From positions 114,700,001 to 114,764,000 of the forward strand of contig NC_042999.1 in assembly GCF_006345805.1 (NCBI RefSeq): a stretch of 64,000 nt of DNA, in the 5' to 3' direction. The position numbers and the translations under genes are program-made. Of the stretch, positions 38,063 to 52,900 are shown one piece after another; the first letter of the stretch is position 1; each line of letters starts with the position of its first letter. The stretch is from Octopus sinensis. Taxonomy: Eukaryota. The notes under the pieces were generated by a model that was given only the letters and a program-made list of their open reading frames with translations, did no database searches and was not told where the DNA came from.

Positions 38063-39033
38063 CATAAATACTGCGCGCGCACACACACACGTATATGTAT
38101 ACAAATACATATACAAATATATATTTGTAAAAATCTAATGATTCGTAAGCATTTAGTTATTAAAGTCGAAAATATTATCAGAAAAGCCATTCCTATTCAT
38201 TTTATCAAATGCATCCATATATGTATGTGTGTGTGTGTGTATGTGTGTGTGTGTGTGCGTGTTTATGTGTGTATATATCTATGTATATATATATGTATCC
38301 ATACATACATATATATATATCCATATATATATACACACACACTCACACATATATATATATACACACACACACATTCATATACACACATACACACACGAGA
38401 TAATGAAATACCTGAAATGTGTGTGTGTATCTGATTATTCCTATTCATTGAAGAGCTCGAATGTTTAAGAACTGTCTGACGTATAAATCACGTGCGCTAG
38501 TGTGCAAGATTCGATTATCGAACACTTACAATTATATGTACTTATCTCTTCGATCTCGCCACACACACACTCATAGATTGTAGTCATCTATATATAACAC
38601 ATAATGAAATTCACTTCCGGTTTAGCTCATATAAGTTTCTTTTCCCTTTATTTCTAATCAATTAATCAACTAATCTACATGCCTATGAATCCATCTCCTT
38701 CTCCCTCATACATACATATATATAATGATATATATATATATATATACACACATATATATATACATATATATATATATAAAGATATATATACGTATATATA
38801 TATACGCATATACGTATATATGTATTATGTATTTATTTATATGTGTATGTATGCATATATATATCAACATCTTTCTCTCTCTCTCTTCCTTTCCCGTACA
38901 CACATACACATACACATACACTCATGTATACACATACATACGTCGATATTTAGTAAGGAATCGGCATACATAGTTCGTATTTTTGTTTAGTTACCATCCT
39001 GCACCTTTTTCTCTTACACCGCTCTGTGTGTGT

Positions 39034-39074
<41 letters not shown>

Positions 39075-39378
39075 TGTGTGTGTATGCTGAAATACCAAAG
39101 CAGGAAATTGAAAAAAAATTTGGTCTATTATTTATTCACTTTTACACGTGTTTCATTTGCTAAGAGGAGTTAGAAAATTGTACATGTAGGAGAAACACGT
39201 AAGATATCTCTTATTAGAAGTTTTTCAGGCAGAGAGTCAAATAATACTCTGCAAAAAATATTCTCCAGTATTTTTTCACACAAATATAACATCCACACAC
39301 TGGTTTGGAATACTGGAATAAGCAGATGTGCTCCAATGGGACACAGCTCGGATTATAACCCTATCTACATAATATACT

Positions 39379-39601
39379 CTTTTCTACTTTAGGCACAAGA
39401 CCGGAAATTTTTTTCGGAGGGGGCAGTCAATTAAATAAGTATTTCGTCTGGCTTTACATTCTGAGTTCAAATTCCGCCGAGGTCGACTTTGCCTTTCATC
39501 CTTCGGGATCGATAAATTAAGTAACAGTTGCGTACTGGGGTCGATCTAATCGACTGGCCCTCTCCCCCAAACTTTCGGGCCTTGTGCCTGGAGTAGAAAA
39601 G
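39379..39601 (+). mobile_element. SINE family B, 5'-truncated, capped by an inverted copy of its own tail
   Basis: The 5' segment CTTTTCTACTTTAGGCACAAGACCGG...GCAGTCAATTA is the reverse complement of the 3' segment GACTGGCC...CCTTGTGCCTGGAGTAGAAAAG. Confidence 0.8.
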
Positions 39602-39604
39602 TTG

Positions 39605-39675
<71 letters not shown>

Positions 39676-39720
39676 CATTATTATTATTATTATTATTATT
39701 ATCATTATTATTATTATTAT
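39605..39720 (+). repeat. (TTA)n microsatellite (SINE B tail)
   Basis: Read directly from the sequence. Confidence 0.95.
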
Positions 39721-39726
39721 CAAGAA

Positions 39727-40118
39727 GGCGGGGAGCTGGCAGAATCGTTAGCTCGTTAGACGAAATGCTTAGCGGTATTTCGTCCGTCGCTACGTTTTGA
39801 GTTCAAATTCCACTGAGATCGACTTTGCTTTTCATCCTTTCGGGGTCAATAAATTTAGTACCAGTTGAGTACTGGGATCGATGTATTCGACTATCCCCCT
39901 CCACAAATTTCAGGGCTCGTGCCTATAATGGAAAGATTATTATTATTATTAAGGCGGCGCCGGGCGAAATGCTTAGCGGTATTTCGTCTGCCGCTACGTT
40001 CTGAGTTCAAATTTCGCCGAGGTCGACTTTGCCTTTCATCCTTTCGGGGTCGATGAAATAAGTATCAGTTACGCACTTAGGTCGGTGTAATCGACAATCC
40101 CCCTTCCCCCAAAAATTT
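39727..40118 (+). mobile_element. two tandem SINE family B copies (39727-39950, 39953-40118)
   Basis: GGCGGGGAGCTGGCAGAATCGTTAGC head and GAGTTCAAATTCC B box. The second copy has a short deletion in the head. Confidence 0.88.
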
Positions 40119-40128
40119 TCAACGCCCT

Positions 40129-40129
<1 letters not shown>

Positions 40130-40190
<61 letters not shown>

Positions 40191-40294
40191 GATAATAATA
40201 ATAATAATAATGATAATGATGATGATAATAATAATAATATAATAATAATAATAATAATTAATTAATATAATATGATAATGATGATAATAATAAT

Positions 40295-40346
<52 letters not shown>

Positions 40347-40373
40347 GATAATAATAATAATAATAATAATATA

Positions 40374-40407
<34 letters not shown>

Positions 40408-40408
40408 G

Positions 40409-40448
<40 letters not shown>

Positions 40449-40484
40449 CATAATAATAATAATAATAATAATATGATAATGATG

Positions 40485-40533
<49 letters not shown>

Positions 40534-40562
40534 TGATGATGATGATGATGATGATGATAATA
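40130..40562 (+). repeat. long (ATA)n/(ATG)n microsatellite
   Basis: Read directly from the sequence. Confidence 0.96.
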
Positions 40563-40851
40563 ATAGTTGTTTGGAGTCAGTTTTGTTTTTCAGCCAATGT
40601 TCATTCAGTAAATGGGTTTAGAAATAGTGCAATAAATTAACTTTTTGGACGTTCGATTTTGTTGATCGCTATATAACACTTGTTAATTGATGTGCTTCAC
40701 TGGGAATGGAAGATGATGTCCGTAATGACTTCATCTCCGTTAATCATTTATCATCTATGTTTGGACCGATTGGCTAAAATATTTGTTTTCACCTATCATA
40801 CCGGGTACACACACACACTCACACACACACACACACACAATACATACGCTC

Positions 40852-40987
<136 letters not shown>

Positions 40988-41711
40988 GCGTATATGAATG
41001 TGTTTTGTCAGTGTGTTTTGCCGCCTGAATAAACGCATAGAATCAAGCAGCAAAGAACAGGGACGAACAGAATCAACGAATGCGTATGAGAACATGGAAT
41101 GTACTTTGTTTATTGAGTACTTTTCTCTCTCACTTACACTCCCAAACGGGCGCGCACGTGTGCGTTTTTGCGTGCTTTTTGTGTGAAGTTAAAATGAAGG
41201 ATTACTCAATACTTATTAGTAGAGTTCATTTAATTATGTTTTCCACAGAGAAGTTTCGAAATATCAGCTTATAACCTGTTATCAGACTTATCATTTCACA
41301 ACAACACCTGCTAAGCTGGAACTTCGAAGTATATATATATATATATTATACAATATCCTTTCTGTCTGTATGTGTGTGTGTCTTCTAGGATCTCGGGTAT
41401 CCTCCATCCGATTGTGCTCAAATTTGATTTGTAAATACCAACGGTATCAGGTCGTGTATAAGTCTTGAAAAAATTACAAAAATCAATTCCAGGTGAGAAT
41501 GCGATCGATAAAGTGAATAAAATCGTTTTTCTTTGGAATAGAAAATAAAGTCTATTTTTATCTCTTCTTTGGCTGGTGTCTCAAATTTAGGTTAAATCAG
41601 TGTTTCTCAAAGAGGAGTCCTTTGGGATAGTCGGACAAGTTGTTTTGAGAAAATCTGGTTTAAATGTTTGACAACTCAGCACCATCATTGGACGGGGGGG
41701 TGTGTTTGCTC

Positions 41712-41756
<45 letters not shown>

Positions 41757-41777
41757 ATATATATTATATATATATAG

Positions 41778-41835
<58 letters not shown>

Positions 41836-42106
41836 CAGAACAAAGATTTAATATCCAGGCTTTATTATACAGTTAATCACATCTTTTTTTGTCAGAAACT
41901 ACACGTGTTTCCGCTGCAAGCCGGTGCACATTGCAAATTGTGCATCTTGGTGTCAATCACCGGTGGCCAGCATTGATGGCCAGCATTGTGAGCGAGTTTG
42001 TTTCGCAGAAACAAAAACCGGTTCGAAGCCGATGGTATATATATATATATATGTATATATACCAGGGGAGATCTGGAGTGTTAGGGAGTCTCTGCCTTGA
42101 ACAAAT

Positions 42107-42477
42107 CGATCCCAGTACTTATTTTTCAAGTCTTGTACTTATTCCTACGGTCTCTTCTGTGAAAACGCTTATGTTACGGGGACGTAAGTGAACCAACACC
42201 GGGTATAAAGTAATGGCGGAGGAGAAAAATAAAGACATAATACATACATACATACATACATACATACATACATACATACATACATGGATAGATGGATGGA
42301 TTGATGGATGGATGCATGGATGGGTGAATGTATAAACAAGTTTCCACACAGTTTCCGTCAACAAAATTCACCCACAAAGCATTGTTCGGCCAGGGGCTAA
42401 CCAGGAATTCACTTGTTCAATCTGCATCCGAAACCACATTGTTGCAAAGCGAGCTTCTTAACCACACAGCCATGCCT
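42107..42477 (-). mobile_element. SINE family A, diverged copy with internal (CATA)n
   Basis: Reverse-complement tail (42107-42210), microsatellite, and reverse-complement head ending AACCACACAGCCATGCC. Confidence 0.75.
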
Positions 42478-43029
42478 TAAACAGAATATAGAATATACAG
42501 TCTCAACGAAGTTGATAATGTGCGAAGCGAAGGACATTGGCAGAAAGGAGAAATATTCCAACAGATGATTTTATTTAATCCCCAGCTTCGTGCCGCGGTT
42601 TTCCGAAGCGTCATGATACTACTTCCTGAAAAGGTACGGTCTAATCATGAACGAAAACATCAGAATTTCTCAAAATATGCCTGAAGAGTATGAAGGGAAA
42701 AATATCGTGGAATTTACCAGTTTATGATCAACGCCAGGATGGAAATAAATTATGAGCTCGGGGTAAAAAACATCAACACAAAGGACAATTAATATTTCGA
42801 TTTGACATCAAATAGCTGTCAAAATGGTGTATATAAAAAACAATAACTCGATACCGTTTTGTTTTGTTTCGTTTTTAATTATTGGACACGAAAACAATGC
42901 ACAAAGGGAAATATTCCACCTGGTGTATTTGTGTATAGCATAGACAGACTTTATTTCTTTTTTTATAAATTGGACATATGCTCAATATATACTTGTAAAG
43001 AGTCTCACAAAGTGTAGTTTACACAAATG

Positions 43030-43086
<57 letters not shown>

Positions 43087-43128
43087 CTTTGTTTTTTTTT
43101 CACCTCGTCTTCTTGTTATTCTTTTACA

Positions 43129-43167
<39 letters not shown>

Positions 43168-43190
43168 TTAAATATTCCTGTGAGTATTAT

Positions 43191-43280
43191 ATGACTAACA
43201 TCTGTTCTCATGACTATTCTATGACTAACATTTATTTCTATGACATTTCCGTGACTAACATCTGTTTCTATGACTCCCAT
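43191..43280 (+). repeat. 30 bp minisatellite, 3 diverged copies
   Basis: RTGACTAACAT.T.TT...ATGAC starts at 43191, 43221 and 43251. Confidence 0.8.
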
Positions 43281-44135
43281 CATGAACTTGAAATATATAC
43301 GTAGAATAAGTTTATCTCCTGATATATATTTAAAAACAAAAACAACTGTGACTGGTTATTGTTACATATAAAACAATGCAGTACTTGAGATGTTTTAAAA
43401 AAACCTGATTTACTTGATATACAAATGTTCTGATATATTTAACTTAAAGTGTGATCGTATCTTAAATATATCTATATTATATACTATCTGTATATGCGTG
43501 TGTGTGTGTGTTTGTAGCTTTATATTAGTAGTATTGAGATCTGATTGATTAAAGCTTCTAAAACAAGGTATACTGGCTCATATCCAGATGTGGTGGAGAT
43601 TCGCCATTCCATAATTAACACGAACTTTTATTTTCTGCTCAATTTAACTATCGAAATATTTGTGTAAGTCATTAAAAGAGGAGTAATGTAATTTCAACAT
43701 AGATTATTGATTGAATGAATGTTAAAGTAATAAAAAACGCTAATGACAGATAGACGGATTAATAAATACGCTGAGTATACCTTAAGTATTGAAAACTGAT
43801 TTACTGAATACGAAATGAGTCAAAGAAAGTGTCTTCTAAGTGAACACTCGACAGGTTAGAAGTAGTAACCAAATGTTCTTTAAATCGCAACCTATTATCT
43901 TAAAGAAGGTAAGGCACCATAGATAATGTAGGTCTAGATATACTATGTTTGAAAAGTAAAACATGGCTTCGTCACGGCAGGAATGCCTTTGATCATATAT
44001 CAGCTGATTCAATCCTAGGCGAAACAACAACGGAATCTGAATTTTATAAAAAAGTAAATTAATCTAGAAGGTTGTTGACTCACATGCATATGCACATACA
44101 CACACACATATATACACAAAGTATGCATGCATTCC

Positions 44136-44169
<34 letters not shown>

Positions 44170-44431
44170 ATAAATAAAAAGGGGGTTGTATGATAGTGTA
44201 TAGTCCCTTAATATTTTATAATCAATATTTCATCTATTCAATAAGACAATCAATACTTCATCTCATTTTACTATATATACTAATTTATACTATATATTCC
44301 ATATTCCACATTAATATTATAAAGAATGTAAATAAAACAAAAAAACAGACAGAGTTGGAATTCCTTTGAATAACATATATATATATATATATATAGATAT
44401 ATATATATATATATATAGTTTGAATAACATA

Positions 44432-44466
<35 letters not shown>

Positions 44467-44944
44467 CCGGAGTAACACATAAATGTGAAACAAGGTGGAA
44501 AAAATATATATATATTACACAGATAGTAACACTGACGCAACACCTAAAACAGAGACACGAAATAAAAACTGAAATTCTGCTTAACGCTGCAACATTATCG
44601 AAATCGGAGCTAGTTCACTGACAGAATGTTACATGAATACTTGAAAAAATCAGATAATAGAGGAAATAAACCACACTAAAAGCCATTCACAGATTACTAA
44701 TAAATCTATAATCTCATCCCTAGAAGATTCGTTCCATTCAAACCATTTAGAAGAAACTGCCATGCAAAAGGTGGCAAGTGTTAGATGGCAACAAACTTAA
44801 GATATGCAAAACCAAAATTAAAGGCATTAACCACATCATTGAGAGAGAATCCGAATGTTCTCTAGTTCTTCAGATACTATCTTCCTAAGACGTTTGAAGT
44901 TGTAGCCAGCAAAATATGGAACAGAGCGCGAAAGAAAAGATGGG

Positions 44945-45136
44945 TTCTATTTTGGGCACAAAATCGACAATATTAAGTCTGTGACATTGACGTAGTGCTT
45001 GACAGGTACTTTTATCGAACCCAAAAGGATGAAAGGCCAATTTGACTTCGGCAGAATTTGATCTCAGAACATAAAAAGCCAGAACAAATACCACGAAGTA
45101 TTTTCGATACTGTAGCAATTCTGCCAGTTCGCCACC
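44945..45136 (-). mobile_element. SINE family B
   Basis: GGATGAAAGGCCAATTTGACTTCGGCAGAATTTG...CTGCCAGTTCGCCACC. Confidence 0.8.
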
Positions 45137-45183
45137 TTAGTGAGAGAGGAAAATAAAATGAAAAATGACGGATCAAAAGAGTA

Positions 45184-45282
45184 TTAATGGAAACTAATTA
45201 TAAAGTTGCAACCAAATTTAAGGACAACCGCCCTGATATTGTTATTTGGCACCAAAGTAATAAAATATGTTCTATTGTAGAA
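45184..45282 (+). mobile_element. REL-endonuclease LINE fragment
   Basis: KFKDNRPDIVIWHQSNKICSIVE matches the N(R/K)PDIV..D......C..E/D catalytic motif of REL endonucleases. Confidence 0.6.
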
Positions 45283-45549
45283 TAAGAGAATACAGGGTTA
45301 ACATTTTTATAGAAATTAATATATGATTGCTTTGTTTTGTTTTTAATGGTTGTCCCCCATGATAGCTATTCTGTAACTGGTTTTCTTAACACAGGATGTC
45401 AAATTATGTCACCGAAAGACAAAGAACTGTAACTCCGAAATCATCATTATCATTATCACCATCATCATTATCATCACCACCACCACGATCACCATCATTA
45501 TCGTTATCATCATTCTCCACATCGTAGTTGTCATCTTCAGCATATTTGT

Positions 45550-45725
45550 CAAATGCTTAGCGGCATTTCTTCCGACTTCACGTTCTAAGTTCAAATGCCA
45601 CCGGGATCGACTTTAACTTTCATCTTTTGGGGGTTGATAAATAAGTACCAGTTGAAAACTGGGGTCGATGTATTCGACTTACCGGCCTCCCCTAAGTTGC
45701 TGGCCTTGTGCCAAAATTTGAAACC
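45550..45725 (+). mobile_element. SINE family B
   Basis: AAATGCTTAGCGGCATTTC...GATAAATAAGTACCAGTTG...GGCCTTGTGCCAAAATTTG. Confidence 0.8.
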
Positions 45726-46643
45726 AGTATTTCTTCTAGTTGTTATTATCATTAACATGTTTAAATAAATCAGGTTAGACATGAGCTGACTTCCTAACAT
45801 ACAGGCATTACAATTTGAGATTCAAACCAATAATATTGTTAATACTATTATAAACTTACCGGAACCATTGAAATACTGTGTTAAAATACATATATTTTGT
45901 TTGTGAGTCAATCCTTAAAATATAATTGAAATCTTTACAATTGTTTCTCATCTATCATCCGTGATACTTCCAGAAAATGCATGTAAATTACCAATATGAT
46001 TTCTCTTTATCGAACAAAAGAAAGTAACACACAACACATTAAGTTGGTGGTACATGCATTTCATAACAGTTAATTTCAGTTTAACTCAGCACCATATTGC
46101 TTTCGTGTGTTTAGGACAAGTCCACCTCATCAGATTTTCGATGTAAGAGTAGAATGAGTCTAGAAGAAACTCAAATGGCTTCTATGTGGTTTCTGGGTAT
46201 TAGAGCTGAAATACCTTGAAGCTATTTAGAATTTTGAAGAGAATGACCAAAACAGAACACATTATTCTGAAGAGTCTTAAGGAAATGACACAATCATCCA
46301 GTAAAAGTCAATTTTTATCAAATAAAAGCTCTGTCACTTTGTACTGATGACTCCTGCTGAGGCAGACACACGTATTCACGACTGACCTGTTATCGCCAGA
46401 CACTAAGCATGTCCTTTTCTTTAATAGCATGTTACCATTGGAGAATTCTTGATTATTAAGTTTATCCCCATTCTGGTCATAATTGCTATTTGGAAATGAT
46501 GGACACTTTCTCAGGATGTGGAGATAATTTTTGTAAATCTGAATTTTATGTTGTATGGCATTTCATATATCAGTATTTGTTAATGTTGTTCAATACAAGT
46601 CATGTATTACTTTTAGCTCATTTTTGTCTGCTTGCGTGTGTGC

Positions 46644-46684
<41 letters not shown>

Positions 46685-46853
46685 TAGAAAATGGCGAATG
46701 ATGTGTGCGACAAACGACGACTAACGAGAAGCATAACAAACAGGCATGGATTAACCCATTTCATCAGCATCTTTCAATCCAGAAGCATTACGTTTTCGGC
46801 GCCAGTGGTATATATGTGTTTGTGTGTGTATGTTTGTGTGTGTGTGTGTGTGT

Positions 46854-46891
<38 letters not shown>

Positions 46892-47502
46892 TGTGTGTGT
46901 ATGCACGTATGCATGTATTCGTGTGTATATATGTATGTGCGTGTAGACGACATAGCGTATATTTTCATTTATCCAATATTTTTCCTACACAATATTGCAA
47001 TATTTAAAGTTTCTATCTCTTTGCCTCTGATTTAACCAACTATAATGGTTTCAGTCTTTTCTTAAATTATGCCCTAAATATCCAGCATATTGTCGTTGTC
47101 GTCATTGTAGTGATCACCATTAGCCATCAGTCTGAGGTGTACTGGAGTGTTAAAGAAAACAAAACCAAAACCTATAAGTACTTTTACCAACACCGCCACA
47201 AAAACACCAACAATATTGACCATCTATAACAACGAGAGATTATGAATCTACTGTCAGTCATTAGTAAAGAACAGACAAATGTAAAAAGTCAAGCGGTTGG
47301 ATAGATAGATAGAGAGGAGAGAGAGAGAGAGAGAGAGGGGGAGAGGGAGAGGAAACAATGTATTCTGAAGCTCATGGATGGTGAAATGGCACGTGAGTGT
47401 TGGTGACCGGAGAGCTATTAATGGAAGAAAGAGGAAAGAAAGAAATAATAAAGTCGATACTGAAGTGAAGTCGGTGAAAGAGCATTTGATTGATAGCAAA
47501 AG

Positions 47503-47585
<83 letters not shown>

Positions 47586-47782
47586 TATATATACATACAT
47601 ATACCACACACAAACTCACACACACATATATGCACACGCATATTCATACATGTTTATATGTATTCATATGTACAAACATGTAAGGGAGCGGATATGGGTA
47701 TATAAATATATATATACAGAGAGGGAGAGAGAAAGAGAGAGAGACAGAGAGAAAGAGAAAGAGAGAGAAGCAGCTAATTAGT

Positions 47783-47850
<68 letters not shown>

Positions 47851-47925
47851 AGATAGATAGGTCGGGTAAATGAGTGTCGGTGAAGCTGTCTCATCGGGTG
47901 GAGTAGAATGAATGAACGAATGTGC

Positions 47926-47969
<44 letters not shown>

Positions 47970-48122
47970 TCATCTTCTTTGGGTCAACGTTCTGACAACT
48001 ATAATCTCAAAATAGGTTCGAACTTGCCAAAGGTTGAAGAATGGGTCTACACATAATTGTTTTCCAACATAGCACATAAGCATATTGGATTGAAGGGTGA
48101 AGTGATTCACAACGTCCTTGCA

Positions 48123-48240
48123 TGTATGTATGTATGTATGTATGTATGTATGTATGTATGTATGTATGTATGTATGTATGTATGCATGTATGCATGTATG
48201 TATGTATGTATGTATGTATGCATGTATGTATGTATGTATG
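48123..48240 (+). repeat. (TATG)n microsatellite
   Basis: Read directly from the sequence. Confidence 0.95.
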
Positions 48241-49339
48241 TATACTTTCACAAATGCATGCACACACACACATACACACACACAAACACACAAGCATATA
48301 ATTATATATATGTATATATTCCAAAAATATGTATCGCTGTATGCGTGAGAACATAGTGCATGCATGTATATGGACATATATGCGTGAGTACAAATAAGTA
48401 TTATATGTGTGTGTGAGTGTGTGAGTGTATGTGTGTGTGTGTATATATATATGCACAAAGAGATTTATGTCCGTACGTATACACACGCACACACACGCAC
48501 ACACACGCACACTCGCACACACACGCACACTCGCACACGCACACATACATACACACACATATATTCACGCATGTATTGAATGCCTCTGCACATTTGTAGA
48601 TTGCTCTTTAGATCAATTAGGTTATCAATCTTTGGCAAAGTCATTCCAATAAATTGGTGCTGATGGGACATATATCATAGAGGTTGGAGCATTAGCAATG
48701 TCTTGAGGCATTTTGACTACCATCACCACCGCCCCCACCACCACATACCCACCCCCACCAGCCTTTTAGTACCTCCAACTGCAGCTTCAACAACGTCTGT
48801 AACAACTGCAACTTTATTGGCAATAACGACATCGTCAATAGCAACTATACAGTCTCTTAGCCTGCTAGAAACAGCAGGCAACTGCGACTCAAATTAGCCC
48901 TTCCTTTGTAATGAGATGAAGAACACACTGAATAATGCGATCCTCGACATAATGTGTCTGAAAAAGGTAGGATTGTCACTGCTGGAACGTCATTGATCCT
49001 GGGTCTGCTCGGTTATATTTGATTTGGTGTTAAACAATATAAAACTAACGATATGGCAACATCGTGTCTGTAAGTCATTTGGGAGAAGGATTTTTAAAAA
49101 CATTTTGCCAGTTACTTTTTCACATCCTTGGTGGCCTTAATTGTTATTGTTTTTAGTCTCAGGTCAAATCCTTCAGATCTGACCTGGGATAAAACAACAT
49201 CAGAACTGCAGGAACAGTAGCAATATTCCCTAATGACTCTACCAGCTCTCCGCGCTCCCCCGCCTAATAAGGGTTTCTACATCGGTAGAAAGCGAGAGAT
49301 TTACGCGAGAAAAAAAAAAACGGTAAAGTTGTCCTCAGC

Positions 49340-49945
49340 AGAATTGGAACTTAGAACTAAAGAGCCATCATTAAATGCTAAAAGACATTTTCTCCGACGC
49401 TCTATCGATTCTGCCAATACGTCGCCTAAATAATTTTTTTTCCTATAGGCACAAGACCTGAAATTTTAGGATGGGCGGGGTCACTTGTCAATTACACTAC
49501 CCCCTTCTGGTACTTATTTCATTGGCTTCGAAAGGACGAAAGGCACAGTCTACCTTGGCAGCATTTGAACTCAGAGCGTAAAGAACCGAAAGAAATGTGC
49601 GAAGTATTTTGCCTGGCGTGCTAAGGGTTCTATCAGCTCGCCGCTCTCCATCGCCTAATAATTGTTTCTAATTCAAGCAGAAGGTCAGAAATTCTGAGGT
49701 GGTGGGATGAAGTTTATCGTTTACGTTCACCTCATTTATTTGGTATTTTATTTTATGGACCCTTGTTAGGTTGAAAGATAAAGCTGATCTTAGTAAGATA
49801 TGAACTCAGAATGTAGAAAGCCAAAAGAAATATTGTAAACCGATAATGCTCTTTATGTTCTGAGTTCAAATTCCGTCAAATTTGCTTTTATCCTTCCTGT
49901 GCCGATAAAATAAAATAACAGTAAAGTATTGGGGTCGATATGATC
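49340..49945. mobile_element. cluster of decayed SINE family B copies (three minus, one plus)
   Basis: Family B motifs at 49340-49427 (-), 49440-49644 (-), 49670-49840 (-) and 49850-49945 (+). Confidence 0.7.
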
Positions 49946-52900
49946 CAAACTGTATGTATAGCCCTGTTCTGCATTTGAAAGCATCGCAGCTGCTTTTGCA
50001 ACTACCAGTGCTGTTATCGATGTTATTGCTACTGCTACTACTTCTCTGGTTGTTCTTACCTTGTCTTAATCTACCAGGAAACACGGTAATTGTAACAACA
50101 GCAACATCGAGCAAGAACAAATACAATAACTGCAATAGAATTCATAGTGCCGCTGCCACCATTCCTCTATCACACCGACAGTAACAATAACAACAGCATG
50201 AAGCGACATAAGATGAGATTTTGATCAATACTGGGTTAAAAAGACTTGAAATTTCTTTTCCTTTCATTCTTTCTTCTTCGTCTTCCAACTCTCATGGAGG
50301 TTCTTTTTTTCGTTCTTATTTTTCTGATAATTGCGTCTTTGAGATGTGAAAACCTTCTGATACAGCCATGTTGTCAGTTGCTACGTGTCTCCTCCATTAC
50401 ATAGACAACAGTCATGTTGACAGATTGGTTCCAGTGATAAATCTGATGACTAACCCGAAAATAACATGAACGAAATCGATGAAACGATCCCAAGAAAACA
50501 ATAAATAAATAAATAGAATAAATTCGATTTGATCGAATGTTATCATCGTACCCTACATAACCAAATGTAAACGGTTTACGTTAGAAGATCGATAGTTCGT
50601 TTCAGTTCTGACTATAAACTGAGCTCAGGCGATAATAGCGATGTCATGGCAAACTATAAGAAGTGTTCGGTGATTCCGGTACAGGCATTCCATCTATGAG
50701 ACTAACAAGAGAAGTCTCTATACAGTTGATGAAGCTGCTAGAAATAGAATCTAGATCTACCTCAAATCCCACGCTACGATTTATATGTATTTTAAAGAAC
50801 ACTTTGGAATAGATTATGTTTGAATAAAAGATAGGACGGTTACCCCTGGAACCTGTTTATTCGTAAATCGACAGGATCAGGACTCATCTAAAATTTAAAA
50901 AAATAATAGGTATACAACAATGATATGGTATAGTAACACTAATTGATATATCAGATGTCAGATGTCAGATAATATATTCCTAGATACAATGGCAAATTGG
51001 CAGAACTGCTAAAGCATTCAGATATAACATCTTTGCAGTGTTCGTTCCAATTCTGTGCGCTTTGAGATCAAATCCCACCGAGGCTAACACTGCCTTTCAT
51101 CCTCTCGAGATTGATAAACAGAATAACAGTTTAGGACAGTGGATTAACGGAATATAAAATGTAAGATCTGAATCCTTGTTATATTTGTTTAGGATGTGTG
51201 CTTTCTGAATCGAAATCGTACCATCATAATAAAGATTAAAGGCTTGGGAATCCTTAAAAGAATGTCCAAGCATTTTCAGCTGACCTCTGTCTATGTCAGC
51301 ACTCTAACAGAAAGGAGAGATTGCAAGGGGGTCTTTCAAGTTAGTGTACTCCAAGAAAAAAGTATATTTCGTCTGAAAAAAATGAACAAGCTGACTTGGT
51401 ATCAAACAACGGTACAGCACATTTTGTTGTATGTTATTTTATTGTGGAGTGCATTGAATGTGTTGGGTTGAAATATCATCTCATATATTTCAGTGAACCA
51501 ATAATCTAAGTCAAACCAACTAATGTTTACATGGTCGAGAGACTAGTTAAAAAATTTAGACAAGTCTTTTTCAAATTACTACTAACTCGAAAAGGTAGAG
51601 AAAGACATTAGATATAGTAGTCCTATATACTCAATGTCAGAGAAAAAGACAAGTCCGTTGTAGCCGGAAAGTCTTCCGATCATAAATGCTTCGTCAATAT
51701 TAACCTGTGACTAAACAACTACAAACGTAATTGACGTTAAATGAGGAAGAGAAATATTTTCGGTTGCATAGCTAAAATGGGTGAAAATATGGTGTGTGGT
51801 TAAGAAGTTTACCTCGCAACTATCTGGTTTCCTGTTCGATCTTATTGCACACTACCATAACCTCAGATCGACCGAAACCTGGTGAATAAAATTTGGCTGA
51901 CAGAAAATGTTTCGAAGCTTGTCAGAAGACCGTTGATGTGTTGGGATAGTGGACTTAATCCGTCGCTGGATGTCATGCCATACCACATCCTGAATCTTGG
52001 GTGCCTTTAATGGAGTCCACCCTGAAGTAAAAATTCGGGTCAAGTCTCCAGCCGGAGGATAAATTTCACCTCATACCCTACCAATTTTGGAAGGTCTGGA
52101 AAGGTTCTCGTATGCTTCTCTTACTCTTCTGATTAAGACAATATTTCAATATGTTGTTGGTAAATTTACCAACTGAAAAATTGAACTCACCCTGTAAACC
52201 AACTAAAACACAAACTAATGAGAAAGCCTGTATGAGGTCTCTTAGTTGCTAGAAATAATTACCAAACTTCCCTCAAATCACCCTACCATACCTTCTTAAA
52301 GAAAAAATTAGACACATTAAGAAATGCAGTACGAAATAGCTAGTCCTGCTGTTGAATGAATAAAGCTATTCTGTTGTTCGGTCTCACACTAGTGTCCCCT
52401 AATCGTTTCAGCTTGCATCGTCATTGGATTTGGGACAGGGGCTTCTGACTCACTGGATTCAGGGGTCTGTAGGCCAGTCAGTTTGTCCTTGTTAATGTTT
52501 ACTGTATATTTCTGACAACTCTTGCTATATCATTGGTGTTTTCATTCTTTTCTTTTTATTCACTGATTGTTTTAATTTATACCCCACCCTTCTTCTTAAT
52601 CTTTCATTCACTCATTCATTAATTTCTTCTCCCTTCTCTTCTTCCCCTTCGCCTCCAATCTCTCCTTACTCTTGGCAATGATTTAATTGTTTTCCTTTTT
52701 TTTGCATTCCTCTTCTAAGTTATTCCTTATTCTTTCAATACTTCCTTTCTTTTCTCAATCATTCAGTCATATTCTTACTTTCCTTCCTTTTCTTATTCAT
52801 TCATCTCCTTTCTTTTCTAGTTTAATTTTTTCATTTATTTCAAATTTCATTTTTTGTTATTATTCTTTTGGATTATTTCCGACAACTATTCCTTTCGGCC

